From contig OZ316898.1 of NCBI GenBank assembly GCA_973895155.1, forward strand, positions 19,417,292 to 19,481,291: a DNA stretch of 64,000 nucleotides, written 5' to 3'. Positions 61,212 to 64,000 of the stretch are shown in pieces. The position numbers and the translations under genes were made by a program. The stretch is from Marsupella aquatica. Its lineage: Eukaryota; Plantae; Marchantiophyta. Under the pieces are notes generated by a model. That model had not been told where the DNA came from. It saw only the letters and a program-made list of their open reading frames with translations, and did no database searches. Numbering within the stretch: the first letter of the stretch is position 1; each line of letters begins with the position of its first letter.

Positions 61212-63819
61212 ATGGCCTCTGGAGATTTGTCGAACCAAGTGCCGATCATTCCGGGAGGTGGGTATCTTAAAGACAGTGTAATTGGGGGAATGCCTGGCCC
61301 TCTACCAGACTCGCAGCAACGACACTGGATTCCTGATGAACGAGACAATTTCATCTCTTGGTTGAGGGGAGAATTTGCCGCCGCCAATGCTATCATAGAC
61401 TCATTGTGTCATCATCTGCAGACGACTGGCAAGCCCAATGAGTATGACTTTGTGCTCCACTGCATTCATCAGAGGCGCTACAACTGGACTGTGGTGCTTC
61501 ACATGCAGCAGTATTTTTCAGTGGCGGAGGTTGTTTTCGCTCTTCAACAAGTCGTTTGGATGAAACAGGCTCTGAATTCTGATCCCTCGGGACAGCAGCA
61601 CCCACCATTGTACATCTCACCGGAGAACGGCGGAGGGCCACCATGGAAAGAAGGCCCCGCTATATACAGAGATCCGGGCATGATTCCAGGAGCAGCAGCA
61701 GCAGCAGTGTATCACAACTTTGTTCAAGACGAGCAACATCTCGGTAGGAAAGAGGCTCCAGAAGTGCCCCGCAAATCTGAAGAGTCCAAAGACCGAAGAA
61801 GAAATGACTCTAGAGATCAAGACAGGCAACAACAACCTGCTGTTCCTCCTCCCATGCCCACTCCAGAGCCAGCATCTTTTACTAATGACAGCCATACCGA
61901 TTCAGCAGATCGGGTTACATCTGGAACTACCACCACCAAGAGCGATTCTCCATTGCCGGAATTGTCGTCAGTGCCCAGTGCGGCGTCTTTTTCGCAAAGG
62001 ATAGCTGAACCCAACGAAGAGAAGGTGTCAGATCAGGGATCGCGTGAACAGGGCGATCGGGATGGAAGTTCCTCGACTAAATTGGCAGGATCTGAAGGTA
62101 AGCTTTGGCTGCCGTTAATCCAACCCGTAATGCACGTGGCTTCCATTTGCTCGTGCTTTGCATTGTTGATTAGTGAACTCTGTCAACTCCTAGTGACGAT
62201 GGAGAGTGCGGCACTGCAATTTAGGTTGAAAAAATATGGTCCCGGCTTAATGAGTGCAAGCACACGCACATCCTCTGTTGTGTCATTGAGAAGACAATCT
62301 GAATACTCAATTGTGTACATTCCTATAAATACTGTGAACCACGTTTCTGGTCATTGGATAATGATCAGATAGCCTTGCAATGCCGTGACCTCGAGTGACA
62401 ATGTGAAGATGTGGAAGAGTGCTGCTGCCACACAGACAGTGAGTTTCACAGAATCACATTGCCTTCTATCTTCCCCTGAGCAGGTGGTCCAAAGTCTACC
62501 AATCCTGCCTGTCGCAAGATCGGCTTCAGTGTATGTAATAATTGTAGGAGTTCTTCATTCACATTTGATTCGGTTTGAACTGGAATTTCCTTAGTACTGT
62601 CAATTTGTGTTTTCCAGCCTCAATTGTGTTCATATCAGGGGTTTAATTGTCCTTGGTAGCCTCAGAAGTGTCTGGTATTTTGGGGAGGATTACAAACTGG
62701 ACTGGAACTGGAATTTTGCTTACACGACGGCAAGTCAGGGTTGAGTACATAATGAGCCTCTGGATATTGGAAACAGATTTTAATTGCAGTGAGCTTCCTA
62801 CCGGGCCCCCTTTCCCTCCGCTAGCCACTGGATTCTCTATCTCAGCAGCACTCAACGCTCGGGTGGAAAAGCTTCAATGAGGGCCATTTATCTAGCTTTC
62901 GAACTTATTGGGAAGCTGGCTAGAGAGTATTCCCAGTAAAGAGTTCACCGTAGAATTCTTTAGCTGATGATGCCGTTGGCTCCTTGGCGGTATGTTCTGC
63001 TAGCTCCACTTCTATGTCATCGCCTAGTGCAAGGTGCATTCTAATTTCAGATTTTTTCAACTTACCTATCTTGACTTTCATTTCTTTCACTCAGGGCCTT
63101 CTCCAGAAAAGAGTTCAACAGATAATTTTCAATCTCCGGGGGATGAGGATCAACGAATTGCTAATGTGAAGGCAACAAAAGCTTACAGCTGCATAGAGCA
63201 AATAGAGGGGAAAATGGTAAGATCCGACGCGTTGGTTTCAGTACACTAATGAAGTATCATATCAGTGAACTTGTGGGTGTGAGGCTGTACTGGTAGAAGA
63301 TAATGAAATAATAAAAGAATCAGATTCTACCTGGGTCCGAGGGTGCGTAAACACGTTCAGACGGGGAACGGCTTCACCAAAAAAGGCCCTCTGTGTTGTA
63401 TCCTGCTCGATCCGTAAGGTTATACCACAAGTGCGAGTTTCCCCGCATGTGGCTCGTCCATGGCAATTTCTACAGCTTAATCTGTGGGTAAGGTCCTTGA
63501 GGTGAAAGGTTGGGAGAAAATGGACCACAGGAGCGATAAAGTGAGCTCCATATGAGAAAATTTTGGTGATGTCATTCACCTGTTCGATTTCCATGTGAAA
63601 TTGAAATACTGCTCTTGAGTCGAAGTCTGAATTTTGGATTAGGTGAGAGCTGGAAAAACTAAGGATGAATCTTGACGTGAAAATTCCCTTGACCGTCGCA
63701 GGTGAATACACTCGACGGCCTTGAATTGCATGAGAAAGTGTTGGACAAGTTTGAAAGCGGTCGGCTTATAAACTTTATACAGGATATCCGAGCTGCAGGA
63801 AAAAGAGGCGAACTTGGAG
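61212..63819 (+). CDS. ALKBH10: ALKBH10-type 2OG-Fe(II) RNA m6A demethylase family protein, 5' part; exons 61212-62097, 63095-63216, 63702-63819; continues beyond the window
   Basis: WIPDERDNFISWLRGEFAAANAIIDSLCHHL..EYDFVLHCIHQRRYNWTVVLHMQQYFSVAEVVFALQQV is the ALKBH10 N-terminal signature; later KAYSCIEQIEGKMVNTLDGLELHE..IRAAGKRGEL precedes the AlkB domain. The catalytic domain is not in the window. Confidence 0.9.
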
Positions 63820-64000
63820 GCAAGATTTCTTTCTTACATGATACTAGTGTCTGTTGAAAGGAGAAGGTTTTAGTGGTCTGCTCTATGTTGAGTTCAGCCA
63901 AAATCAGACAATTGGCACCTCGGTGCATCGGTAAGCATGTTTGGTCCGTTAATGACTGGGAAGTTGCGAGTTGCGGGGCTGAGAGGAGCCCCAGTGTTCA

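Overview
Eukaryotic land-plant nuclear DNA. Intron style, long GA/CT-rich leaders and protein divergence suggest a bryophyte, probably a liverwort (inference). I could assemble seven protein-coding genes by hand, with GT-AG junctions and consistent frames: a divergent histone H2B with an AT-hook-like motif (+), red chlorophyll catabolite reductase (+, 2 exons), an At3g59300/At3g49140-like split-barrel + DUF2470-like plastid protein (-, 10 exons), hydroxy(phenyl)pyruvate reductase (+, 2 exons), patatin/LRR/ARM phospholipase A I (+, 18 exons), proteasome lid RPN8 (+, 10 exons), and the 5' part of an ALKBH10-type RNA demethylase (+, cut by the window end). Intergenic DNA holds small decayed elements (a 5'-truncated LINE with a 16-bp TSD, tRNA-like SINE copies, two short Helitron-like copies, a MITE-like element) and many local tandem duplications, including a higher-order ~140-150 bp array. 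No rRNA, intact tRNA or CRISPR was seen. The best leads are the AT-hook H2B variant, an RCCR with no visible transit peptide facing a HugZ/GluBP-like gene, and several splice/uORF oddities. Comparisons to Arabidopsis proteins are from memory, not from a search.
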